This document shows positions 51,750 to 63,500 of a stretch of 64,000 bases of DNA, piece after piece. The number at the start of each line of letters is the position of its first letter. The first letter of the stretch is position 1. The DNA comes from Raillietiella orientalis (taxonomy: Eukaryota): the NCBI GenBank assembly GCA_036172245.1, contig JAYWIR010000001.1, forward strand, positions 11,098,001 through 11,162,000, in the 5' to 3' direction. The position numbers and the translations under genes are program-made. Below the pieces are notes generated by a model. That model saw only the letters and a program-made list of their open reading frames with translations. It was not told the origin of the DNA and searched no databases.

Positions 51750-52950
51750 TTCATTTCTGCAAAGCTTTCCACGCTGATTTCTCCACGCTCGACTGGTGAT
51801 TTGGAGGTTGTGGTCAAACATGCAGTCAGCACATGCAAGGTGCTGGGCCGACGGAAGTGGTGCTCTCATCCCGTCACCGAAGTTCGCGGCCAGGAATGCG
51901 TGACTCCACTGGCTCCTTGGGAAAGCAGTCCCGCCTTAGGACCTCCAGCTTTCCTCCGGAGACTCCTTTCAGGCGGCCACAAATTCACAATTTTCCACTT
52001 CTTCAGATGGGACCACGGCAATGTTTCGCTGTGGGAAGGAAGGGGGGAGCCGTTGCGAAAGGTCCGTCTCGTGGGAGCAATGCGCTTGACCCTGAATGCG
52101 GGTGCTGTGGAAAGGAGGGGCGAGCCCTTCTCAGGCGGCAAAGCGAGCCCGGAAGAGGGCGCGAATGGTGCAATGGACATCCGCAGGCGGAAGGGCCGGA
52201 TTGGGCCCTGTGGTGCTCCCGGGTCTCCCGAAAGCTGGGCTGCAGCGCCCGCATCCGGGCGGCTGCTGCCGCCCATGTCGGGAGATCGAGGAAAGGTGTG
52301 TCCTTCGAAGTTTGGTCCCTGGAGTCCGGTCACCCGTGCGTCCACATAGTCACATTGGTCTGAGGTCACTCTCTCATCCACCTTCGTCCTTCCTGCAACG
52401 GACGGGGTTGCTGAGCTTCCTGAAGGCGCCGCCGCTACCGAAAGAACCTCTCAGCGCCTCCTCGCCGCCTGACACAGCACGCTCGGTGACCCTCCGTCGC
52501 CAAGGACTCTGTGCCAGCTGCCTCAGAGTTCTTGTGCCGGAAGTCCTGAGGCAACTTTCGTGGAACAGCAGCTCCCGGAAAGGGAGATGGTCGGAGAGCT
52601 CCCTTCCCTTTTTTTTTGTCCCGAGGGTAAGGACGAACCCAGAATGGGAACTGAGAAGGATCCGAGAGCGCTTGGACTGATCCCGGAGCTGCTGACGGAT
52701 CCCGCCGTAGGGCAGAGCGAAGGATGCTGCCACAACTTTCGTGGGGCTGAGAAGGGCGCGAGACTGCAGGCAGCCCCCTCCCTCCCCAACAAGTGCATCC
52801 CCCCCCCCCTTCCTTCCCGGATCCGGGCGGAACGAATCCACCGGAGCGGGCGAAACCCGGCGCGGGTGCGCGCGTGGAGGGCGGAGCGCGTGGAAGGGTA
52901 CGGGCAGCCCCCATTCAGGTTCACCTGCAGCACCACCCTCACCTTTGTTT
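51750..52950 (-). mobile_element. Decayed Gypsy pol (protease end to RT)
   Basis: Collinear: SNPVRCRKDEGG (SPIVxVxKKDG), CDYVDA (CVDY), HTFPRSPDM (PLPRIxD), APFAPSSGL...LSTAPAF (TAFxTPxGL...GLxxAPAxF). Confidence 0.55.
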
Positions 52951-54789
52951 CCTGCGGGCAGCGGCGCTCTGCCCGGCCTGCCCGCCTCGAGTGCTCGGTG
53001 GCAGCCTGGGCCGAGACCAGAGGGGCTACCACCTCCGGCCCCTCGGAAGGATCCCGGGACCTTTCGGTCCCCGAGCGTCCGCTCCCCTTGGTCTGGGGAT
53101 CCGGGACGAGGGACGCACAAGATGGCGACACCTTCCTGAAGCGGGGAGTCGGAGGAAGGAGGAAGAGAGTGGGCCAGGCAGCTCCCCGAGGGCTGCATAA
53201 GGGTCAAAACGCGAGGTGAAGGGAGGGGGGGGCTTCCCCCGGCACCCACTCCTGAGATCCGATAGGAGACCGGGGTGCGTTGTAGCCCTTCGCTTTGGAC
53301 CTTCCTACCACGCCCCCCTCCCTTCCCGCGGCGAAGGCCGGCCCGGAATTCCCGTCCGGGACGGTGCTCTCGAATGGAACGCGCTCTCCCGCAAGTGTCC
53401 CGGCGAAGGAGCTTGGAGCGCAGTCCGGGTGCTCCGCGCTCGAGAGCCGCCGCCGCCTCGGCTGATCTGATCGGATTTGCGCCTGGGAGCATCCTCGAGG
53501 ACAAAGGAAGGGGGAAGGGAGGTGGCCGCTGGGGAAGCTGCAGAGGGGTGCGCAACGTCACGGGAGGAAGGGAAGCCCTTGGGGGAAACCCGTGCGGGAT
53601 CAGCGACCCCTGGCGCTACTGCTGTCGGGTGGAGAAGGAGGCCGGGAGGGGGAGCCAAGACATCTGCCCTGAGGTCACGACGAGGTCATGTCGCCTGGAT
53701 CCCCCCCTCCCCTCAGTAAGGAATAGCAGGTGGCAGGTCCAGGTCCAGGTGACCTTGCCGAAAACCTTCGCGATGATCCCATCCGCGGGACCGTTGGCGC
53801 AGCGTCAGCGCGACTTCCAGTGGTAAGCGACGGGTTCGCCCGTTGAGGGCGATCCATCTCGGGGGCGACTCGTGGGAGAGAAGCCGCGCACGCGCGCGCG
53901 CGCAGCGAAGGGACGCCCTGAGTTTCGGAGGTGAGCGTCGCGCGCCAAACTTCCCAGGAAAAGGAGACAGGAGATCACCGCTCCGTTCGCTAGCGTCCCG
54001 CGCACTCAGTCTGAGAGATGAAGGGAAGGGGGAGGGAGGGAGGGAGGAAAGAAGAGTGGGCGGCCACCGCGTCGAAGTAGGGGGGGGGGCACTCCAAAGA
54101 AAAAAAAAGTAGAGAGGGGAGGTGAAAGAGCGGGCAGGACGTCCCCCGACGCGGCGGGAGGGCGGATCTTCCCCACTCCGAAACATCCGGGGCCGCCCAC
54201 CTCGGCAACCCGCCCGATCCCGCCTCGCGAGCGCGGCTGGCGGATCCCCGGTCACGTGACAACGAGCAACAGGGGTCACGTGACAACGGGAGGAACAGAG
54301 GGAGGAGGAGAAGAAGGGAAGGAGGAAGCGCAACGGCCGCACGCGCGAGGAAGCCAACGTAACGCCACTGCACCAGAGGATGGAAGGGAGGGAGAAGTTG
54401 GGGACGCGACTGGCAGGGAGAGCTGCCCTGGGACTCTCCATCCAGGGAGCGATGTGCTCTAGCTGCGGATCCCGAAGATGCTGGGAGCTTCGGGACGGAG
54501 GCATGGAAACCGCCCGCCTCTGTCACGTGGAGAACCTTCTTCTGCTCCTTGGCAAAAGCGAGGGCGGTGACTCCTTCGCCCTGGGCTGTCGGACCCATTC
54601 CTCTTGTGGCAAAGAGAGGAAGCGAGACCGAAGACCCTACTCTCCCCAGGGGCAGAGTTAGGGGTGGGGCGGGGTGGGAAAGACGAGAAGGGGACGGTAA
54701 GCGAACGGAGAAAGGCCCGCGGCACTCGGCATGATCTCCGTCCCCATCCCCGCCTCCCCCCCCCCTTCGCGACGCGCAGGAAAGAACCT

Positions 54790-55330
54790 TATTCATTCGC
54801 TGCGGAGTCAGTTTGGTGGCCTGCCCCATCGCTTCACCCGACGGTCCCCCCCGCGTCGCATCCCGGATCAGTCCGCTCCGTCCCCTTCCTCGCGTGCAAG
54901 TGCGACGGCTGGGTAGCCTCGCTCGAGCGCGGTGGAGGATCGCCGGTGCCTGGCAACCCTGTGCAACGTCTCGGAATCTGAGGACGCCTCCGGGTGGCGG
55001 GGCGGCACCAGGAGCGGAAGAGCTCTGATCCCATCCGCGGCCGAGCACGCGAGCAGCAGGGTTGCCAGCACCAGCAGTGGAGCCGTCGCTCCTTCCCCGC
55101 GGGGGCGTCGCAGGCAGGTAGCGCTTCTCGTGTAGGACGGCAATTCGGCGCGCCGGCGACATGCGTGGCAGGTCCGGGACCTCGGGGTTCTCGTGGAGGG
55201 GGGCACACAGAGCAGCGAGATGCCCCCTTTCCTTTGCGGCCTCCGAGCGGTGTCTGCGGGAGTGGCCTCTTTTGCCAGGCGAGGGCCTGGTGATCCCTGA
55301 GATTCGACAGGTCGTCTCCCGTGCTGCCGC
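54790..55330 (-). repeat. Copy B of the interspersed Gypsy-derived repeat
   Basis: Left part matches 21430-21780; right part matches 36340-36520. Confidence 0.85.
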
Positions 55331-58300
55331 AGCGAGGGTGACCGAGAGAGAGATCGAAGAAGGGGCGACGGGAGACTGCGAAAGAGAGCGGACTCCTTCC
55401 CCCCTTTCTCCACGAATCAGGGAGGCTGCGAGAGGATCGCCGGGTCTTTCCCTGAAGTGACGACGGACGGTCGAGCGGGCCGTCGATCGCCCGCCCTGCA
55501 AGTGCCGCGCAAGTCACGTCCGAGACCAGCAGGAGCTCAGGGGCGCCGGGCTGCGAAGATGTTGGCGGATCCTGTCGGAAGGAAAAGGAAAAAATTCGGC
55601 AGGAAAATGGAGAGGAAATGGCGCCTCCAAGCTGGACGACTGCCCCGAGGGTGGAAGGGAAGCAAGGAAGGGAGGAGGAGGAGGTCAATAGGGGAAGCAG
55701 CAGCCTTTGGGAGTGAGGTCAGCCCCAGGGTCCTCAGGAACAGTTTTTCCAAGTAATGGTGGCAAGGCGGCTGCTGGGTGGCTTCTTCCGATTCCTTCCG
55801 GCAGTCGGCGGCGGGCGAAGGAGCGAGGGACGCGCGACCTCCACGCCAGAGGGCGGCCGGCAACGGGACCTCGCCTCGTGGTTCCGGGAGGTCAGCGCAT
55901 TCTGGGCGCCTTATCCCCCCCCCCCCACACACGCTGCGCCGGGAGAGGAAGGCGGAGCGCATGGACGCTGAGACCTAACCTAACGCCAGGGAAGGGCGGC
56001 GGCTTTCTCGTGCTTGGAACGGGCGACTCGCCGCTATTTTTCTCCCCCGGACGTCGCAGGTCAGGGAGGAGAGGAGCAGATAGAGAGCCGAGAGGCGTTC
56101 CCGCGTGAACCTCCTCCTTTGCGGAGGGAAGGAAGTGGAAAGGCTGGAAGGGGGAGGAACGCACTCCGGCACAGTCCCTCGCGGTCTCCTGGACTGGGCG
56201 ATCTGACCCTTCCCGCCCCCCTCCCCCCCATCGCCCCCAACCCGATCGAGACCGGGAGATGACCTCCTCGGCGAACCCTCACGCGAACGTCCTGTAGGGG
56301 ACGAGTCTCACTCGGGCCCGCTGCCCATCGAGATTGCCACGCTCGTCAGCAACAGAAAGCGGGGGGGGGTGAGCCGCCGGGCTCCAGTGCGCGACCCCCT
56401 CCTCCTCGCTGCCTGCCCTGGGTTAGAGAGGTGGAAGGAATGGAGGCCCCACCCGCCACGGCGAGGGGGAGAGGTTCTGGGAAAACAGGAGGTTGCGCCA
56501 TCCTCGTCGTGCGCGGGCGTCCCGTCCCCTCCCCCGTGTTCGCCGGGGTGCCTTTCCGGACTGCAGGACGACGACGACGACGGCGCGAGTTATCTGCGCA
56601 GATAACACTCAGCTCGCCCGTTATCGAGGGTCGCAGGGGACGGGCGCCGGCGACGCTGCTCATCTCATCCGGCTGTCGCGTCCGGGTCCGGTCGGCCTCG
56701 GCAGAGTGCCGACCTGTCGGTGGCGCGCGCGCGCGTCCAGCCTTGAACCCTCCGCTCCTTCGGAAGGGAAGGGGGCGGGGATCCTTTTTCGCTTCCTCCT
56801 CCGGTCGAGCGTCTTCCCGGAACCCCACCGGAAAAGGAGATGAGACCTCTTCCACAAAAGGACCGCTGGCCATCTGTGGGGAGCAGCCCACGAGATTCAA
56901 GCGCTTGCGTGAAGATGCTGCGGCGAAACTGGATGGAGGCCCACCTTCTCCAAATTCCTCCTTTCCACCTTTTTGCCTCTGTCCATCCCCTTCTCTTCCC
57001 CAGTTCCATCCTCGGAATCGAAGGGCCAACCTCTCGCTGATACCTCCCTTCCCCCCACCCACCGTCAGTTGCCCCAAGATGGTTGACGAAACTTCCACGC
57101 CGGATGCTGGAGGAATCCCTGCTGCTTGGAATCCCCTGCTCTGTTTCGTGGAGGCGCGGCTCGGCCAAGCAAAAAGCGTTCCCAGGGAGGGGTAGCTGGA
57201 GAGGAAATGGGGGTCCGTTCGCAGCTTCCGCCTTACCTGGGCAGCCTGGAGACAGCGTGCCTTCAGGTTGAACGGGAAGGGGGACACGCTCGACCGTGGA
57301 ATGGAACGTTCTTGCGAGACGAGCGGCTGCTTCTGGCACTCTGGAAGGGCACGAGGACCTGATTGACACGGCGAGATATTTATTTCGACGGATTCTGTCA
57401 TTTGGGGGTCACAGGATTCAGCAGCTGAAGACTAGCAGAGACCAAAAAAGAAAGAAGGAAGTGAGGAAGAGGTGTGAAGCTCTGTCTGTTTTGGGAAAGA
57501 GACGGAAGACGCTGGTTATTCTAATGAAGGGGAAGAGGATGGGGGATCCGCAGGCAGGTTCTTCGCTGCTCCATCCCCTAGAGCAGCTGACCTCTCTGTC
57601 ACTCCACAGCCAGCAACTGCCCACGGAAGCAGGCCTTTCACCTGGCTCAGATCCTTTCACCTCCCTTCGCTGCGCAGAGGGACCGACGACGCAGCGCTGG
57701 TGCCGTGGAGACAGTGCGGATCACCGTGGCCTCGGAGTCGAGCTACCCGAATCGTGGAGGTCATCCAGCTGGAACGCCTTGGGCGAACCACAGGAGATGG
57801 CCGCATCTCGAGGACGGAGCAGGAAGAGGGCCGTGGGTAACAATGCAACGTTCATTTGCCGATTCAGAGATGTCGGCCTACTCGAGTCGCCAACAAGGCG
57901 GACCTATACGCAGCCCCCTTCCAACCTGCTTCCTGCTTCCTTGCAAAGCGTCCTTTCCTCCGCTGCCTCTGTCTTCGCTCACCTGTTTTTTTTTGGAGGG
58001 AGGCCTCTTTTTTGAGGCTCGAAGCAGCTAACTTCGACAGAGTCGACGTCCTGGAAGGGTTCGCGAGGTTTACCCCCGCGTCCGCCAGAACTCTTCCCCT
58101 TTCCCGACGCCTTCTGGTCCTCCGATCGCCATGGAAGCAGAGCATGAAGCCACCGACAGAGCAGTCTTTGAACTCTCTCCCCCTCTGAACTCCTTTCCTA
58201 ATGAGACCAAGGCAAGAGACGGTCTCATTAGGAAGCAGGAAAGGATAGGTGGGCCGCGGGGAAGGGAAAAGGAGAGGAGGGATGTCTGCACCTCGAGCCC

Positions 58301-59139
58301 AGCTTGTCCCTCTTTCCTCCTCTTAGGAAGTGATTCAGGATAAGCAGGAAGCCCCGTGGAGGAAGGAGACGGCCCTCAAATGTCTCTCTCCCTCAGCACT
58401 TCTCATCCTCAGCTTCTATTTTTTGCATGCCAAGGAGAAGGGATCTCCCTAGAGCATCTACGAGAGCGGGGCGGCGGCGATCCAGGACCTCCAGGGATCC
58501 TGGGAAGGAGAGCGTTTCAACCCGGGGAGGCATAGCAGGAAGAGCAAGGAAGGAAAGCCACTTAATCCACCTCTGCAGTCACGGAATTCAGGAAGGAAAG
58601 GGGAAGCGAAGGGGGGTAGGAGGAAGTCAGCTCTTCCGTCTCCCATCCTTTCCTCCTTCTCCCCACCCCACCTTTCTCTCCCATCCCGTCTTCCTTCCAC
58701 CCCGCTTCCTTTTCCGCGGTTCGACGGCCGGGAAAGGATTAGGGAAGATTGATGCTTCCTGCACCTCGACTGGGAGGAAAGGAAGGACAAAAGGCGCCAT
58801 TGTAGGGCGACGGCGGGGCGCGGAAAACAGCTTAAGGGATCAATGGGTAGGGAAGGAAAAGAGGGAGGAGTCGTTCCGGGCGGCGAAAGAGGAGATGGCG
58901 CAGACGCACGCGGGGAGAGGGTGGGAAGGGGTCCTCGCCTACAAAGATCCCTCAACCCTTTCCATTCGGGCTGATCAGTCTCCCAGAAGAATCTCTCCGT
59001 CTCCCCGCGACGCGCTCTCCGGGAGACAGACGAACCTTCCAACCGGGGTCCTCGCCCCTCGGCCCTCGACCACGGGAAGCGGGCGCCGCCCCTCCAGGCA
59101 TTGTGCCCTCCCGACTGGCGCGCGCGCGAGTGAAACGCA

Positions 59140-60545
59140 AGCTCCCCTTCCTCCTTTTTTCGTTTCTTTCTCTCCCCCTTTCCTTCCTCCTCTTTCCCCT
59201 TTCTCCCCCATCCCACTTGCACCCTTTCCTCTACTTCCCTCGGTGCACCGCCTTCCTTCCTCCCTTTTCCTCCCTTCCCCGCTTCCCCCTCCTCCCCCTT
59301 CCTCCTTTTTTTTTCTTCCTCCTCCCCCTTCTTCCCCGCGGCTCTCCCTTTTCCCTCCCGCGCGGCAGGGGCGACCCCAGGAGGGTTTGTTTATAAACAC
59401 GCCCACGGGGGGGGGTCGCGCCGTGCTCCCGGCGCGCTCTCGTAAATCACCCCGGACCGGCGGGCGGCCCACAGATAACGGGCTCTTCCCTCCCACCCCA
59501 TTCCACCCTCCCCCCCCCCTTTCGCGCTCTTTTCGCTTCCCAGTTGTTCCTTTCGGAAGGGCTCCCCCGCGTGTTTTTTTCACTTCCCCCTCCCCCCTTC
59601 ATCCTCCCTTTTTTCTTCGTGGTCACACCGTTCCCCCTTCCTCTCGTCCTCCCTTGTCCTCCCCTTTTTCTTCCCGCCTCACCCAGCCCTCATTTCCTTC
59701 CTTCGACAGACCAAGAAGACCCGGTGGCGGCGGCCTGAGGTGATGAGTGCAGGGGAATGTGGCTCTGCCTCCTCCTCCCTAGGGAAAAGGGGAAGGGGGG
59801 GAGAGGAAGATTGCTTTGCGGGAAGGGTGGACCTTCCTCTCCCGCTTCTCCCAAGGAGGAAAATTTCAGTAGGGGCGCAGGAAGGCAAGTCCACCTCGAT
59901 GAACACCTCTCATCGTCGAGGGCAGGCCATCTGTCTTTTCCTCTGCCGCAGAAGATCCAAGAGACGGAGGTCCGAGACCTGCGCGGTGGGAGGAGCGCAG
60001 CGGTTGTCAAGCGACGGCGACGTCGATTCTTCGAGAGACGCAAGTCCTCCTGAGGAAGGAGGGAAGTCGTCCTGCCCTCCAGAGTCCCCCTCGACTCCTC
60101 CTTCCCCCTCCTCCCCGCGCCGTCGGGAGCAAAGGGCGCGTCTGCTCGGCGGGTGCGTGGAGCCCGGCGGGCGGGCGGGCCCCTGCCGCTCCCAGCCCGC
60201 CCGGCTGCGCAGACCGTGAGAGTCCCGTCCCCTTTCTCCCCCCCCCCTTCCCACCCTCCTCCTTTTTTCTTTTCCTTCCTTTTTTCAACCCTTTTCCCCG
60301 TCGCCCCTCCTCCCGTTTTTCCAGGATTAACCCTTTTCCCGGGCCCCGGGTTCAACCCTTTTCCTGCGGAAATCTTCCTCCGGGAACGGAGGGAGCGCTG
60401 GGAGCACTCACAATGGGGAAGGAGGAAAAGAAAAAAAGCGTCCCTCCCTCCCCCATTGTTCCCCTCCCCTCCCCTCCCCCCCCCCTTCACTGCCCGCCCG
60501 CCTTCCTTCCTTCCCTCCGCTCTCCCTCCCTCCCTTCCCGCTCTC
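59140..60545 (+). repeat. Cluster of polypyrimidine (CT-rich) low-complexity tracts
   Basis: C/T-rich runs at ~59140-59360, 59490-59705 and 60230-60545. Confidence 0.85.
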
Positions 60546-63500
60546 CGATCGGGGCCTGGGGGAGCAGCTGTTCCCGTAGGGAGAGCCGGGAAACGCGGAA
60601 GCGGCGGGGTCGCTCACCCCGAGCCTCCGGATGGGGAGGCGGGGTGGGCGACTCGGCGACTCCCCTGCAGGGAGGGAGAAACGGAGGTCGCCTCCCTCCG
60701 TCCGTGCGGTGACATTCGCAGGACTGACGGGCACCCTCCATTCCACCCCCGCCCGTCCGATCTCCTCACGCGAGCGGCCGAGGCGCAGCAGCAGGCGGAC
60801 AGGGCGTGACGTCATCTTCCGGGGTCGCCGCGCATCAGCCGATGAGGCCCGCTGCTAGGTCCCTCGCGGAGGGCACCGGTTGGGGGGAGGCCTCCCAAGG
60901 AAGCAGCTTTCTAGAAAACACGCCGTCCCTCTTCCTCGCGTTTACCACTCCGGGGAGGAGGAGGAAGGGAAGAGAACTCCAGAGAGGAGAGCCCTCCCCG
61001 CGAGTCACGCGGAAAAGGGAGCAGGAGCGTGGGCCGAGAAAATCCCCTCCTTCGTTCCTCCCCATTCTCTCCCGGTTCTTCTTCGGGGGCGGATGGGCTG
61101 CCTCCCAGTGCTCTCCACCAGTCTTGCTTTTCCGGGAAATGAAAAAAAAAAAAAGAAAGAAAAATAGGGAGAGAGGGAGAGCGAGAGAGGGAGAGGAAGG
61201 AAGGGAGGAGGGCGGCAAGCCGGCACGGAATCCTGGTATTTCATTGGGTGGCTCCGGACCACCACCGCGCGCTCAGGCCGCGAGAGGTCTAGGCTCCAAG
61301 ACGCGCGTCGGCTGCCTCCGGTTGCCTGGGAACGGGCGATATTCGTCGTAGGACATCGCCTGCGGCGCTGCCTCATTTCTCCCCGCGCGCCCGCCCGCCG
61401 ACACGGACAGCCGCAGCAGCCTCGGATCCGGAGGCGATCGCCTGTGGTCGACAGCGAGCGGCGACGGAGACCCCGGAGACTCCGGCCACGGCGTAGCTGC
61501 GACCGCGAGGTCCTCGCAGCGAAGACGAGGCGAGGAGGCGGTTGCTCCACGCGGCCGCTCGCCGCCAGGTGAGTCCAACAGTTCTTGCCGTCGCAACCAC
61601 CACCCATCCTCCTCATTCTTTTCCTCCCCCCCCCCCCCTTTCCCTGTTTCTCTCCGCTGCGGAGATGGTCGATAGCACTTCGAGACGACCGAGAAGGCTG
61701 CCAAGCTACGGTGGCTCCTCGGCAGCGCCGCACTGCTCCCGTGCCCTCTGCGTCGCTGGTACTTCCGGTCGCCTGCTCTCGGAAGAGGGCGGCGCCGCTC
61801 CGGGAGGAGGACGGGGCAGGGAGGGAGGGAGGGCTGCTGCGCACCGCCTTCTTCCACCTGATCGCCGGTCCTTTCTCCCGAAGGGGCGGAAGAGCGGGGA
61901 GGAATCAGGTGGCCGAGGTTCCCTCAGCAGCAGCCGGGGACGCCGCCATAGTTGCCAGAGACGTCATCAAGGATCTCCCCGATGGCGCAGAGCCGGTCCT
62001 TCCGCCGCGGTCGGTGAGCGCGCGCGGAATCCGCGGTGAAGGCGGAGGAAGTCTCCGCGTGGCGAGCGGGAGCAGCGCGCTCGAGTTGACGGCTTCCCGG
62101 GCGCGACCGCCTCTCTTTCGTAACCCCCGGCATCCCCCAATCTTCTCTAATCGACGTTGTTCTGACGAAACGACACGAATGCACAGCTCAGGCGGCGCGC
62201 TCGCTGCTCCGCACGACGGTCGGCGTCAGACCCCACCGTGTTGTCTGCCCGCCTTCCCCCCATCGTCTCTCTCTCTCTCTCTCCCTCTTCCCATCCCCCT
62301 TGCGTCTTGCCCACCCTTTCCTTGGCCCCCTCGCTTCTTCTCCGCCGCCGCCGCCGCCGCGGGAAGTCCAGCTCCGATAGCGGCTGCTGCAAGCGGCTCG
62401 CGACCCCACTGCCATCTACCGCCGGATGCCTCAACAACCCGGCTCCTTTCTCGCGTCGCTCCTCCTCCTCCTTCCCCGGGAGAATTCCGCGCCGCGGACG
62501 ATCCGGAGGACCCTGCTGCTGATTGCCCGCGCTCGCAGCTCGCGTCGGGTGCCCCTTTGGCGTTCCGCCGGGAAAGAACCAACTTCGCCCGCGAACCCGG
62601 GCGCACGACGGCAGCTCGTCTCGTAAACAAACAGAAGAAGCGGCGGAGGAAAGCGGCATGTGACCCTGGAGGTGCCGTCGTCGCCTGCCGCCGCACACGA
62701 GAAGAACCGGGGAAAAATCCCCCTGAGCCCCCTTCCCCTCCCTCCCCCGCGCCCGCTTCGGAGAGCGGCGGCTGTTGAGCCCTTGCCGCCGCTGCGCCCT
62801 CGGCGTTCGGTAAGTGGCTTTTAGTGTTTCTCCTTCGCGGTCTGGAGACCCCCGGTTGAGGTCAGCGGCTCCGCTTGTTCCCTCGCTCTACCCTTCCCCT
62901 CTCCCATTCTGTGAAGGAAGGACCTACCCCAGCCCCCAGCCTCGCCTGAAGCCGGCCCGTTGCCTCTTCGGACGACCGACAGTGTGCGTTTCGGGGGGCA
63001 ACGCGCCCTCTTCCGGGAACAGCCCCGCCGTTGTTCTCGTTCTCATCGCCGCTGTTGCTCCTGGCGCTGCCTGCCCGCCTCCTTCCTACCTGTCTTCTGG
63101 AAGGCGGGAAGCGGATGCGAGAGGACCGGAAATTTTCGCCGCCAGTAGGCGGCGGCGGCGTCCGTGTCGGTCCGCCCTCGAGCAGAACCCGTTCGCTCCT
63201 CCTCCCCCGTCCGTCCGTCCCGAAGTCCTTGAGCATCGCCACGGATTGCCCTCAGGGCGATCGCCGCTCTTCTCTCGTCCCGCCGCGGACAGCATCTTCC
63301 TTTCTTTCGAAATTGCCACAGGCTCTATGCGCCCACCGGAAGAACAGCCGCGTCTCCCTCCGATCGCCTCCGTCGTGCCTGCGCGGGCGATCGACGCGGG
63401 TGCGCGCGCTCGAACGAGGAAACGACTGCGGGTTTTGTCGCTGAAGGAGGCCCGTCGGCGCCCACACCGGTGTGGGCAGGAAGGGCCGCCGCGCCACCTC

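Noticed and set aside
53990..55501. 503-aa minus-strand ORF
   Set aside because: Arg/Gly/Pro/Ser-rich, no coherent domain, overlaps a decayed repeat; long ORFs are expected where stops are rare in GC-rich DNA.
58427..59743. 438-aa ORF with Pro/Phe/Ser-rich C-half
   Set aside because: Translation of polypyrimidine low-complexity tracts.
61585..62778. 397-aa ORF with poly-Ala and KKRRRK
   Set aside because: No recognisable domain, non-ATG start, several equally long overlapping frames; a disordered exon cannot be fully excluded.
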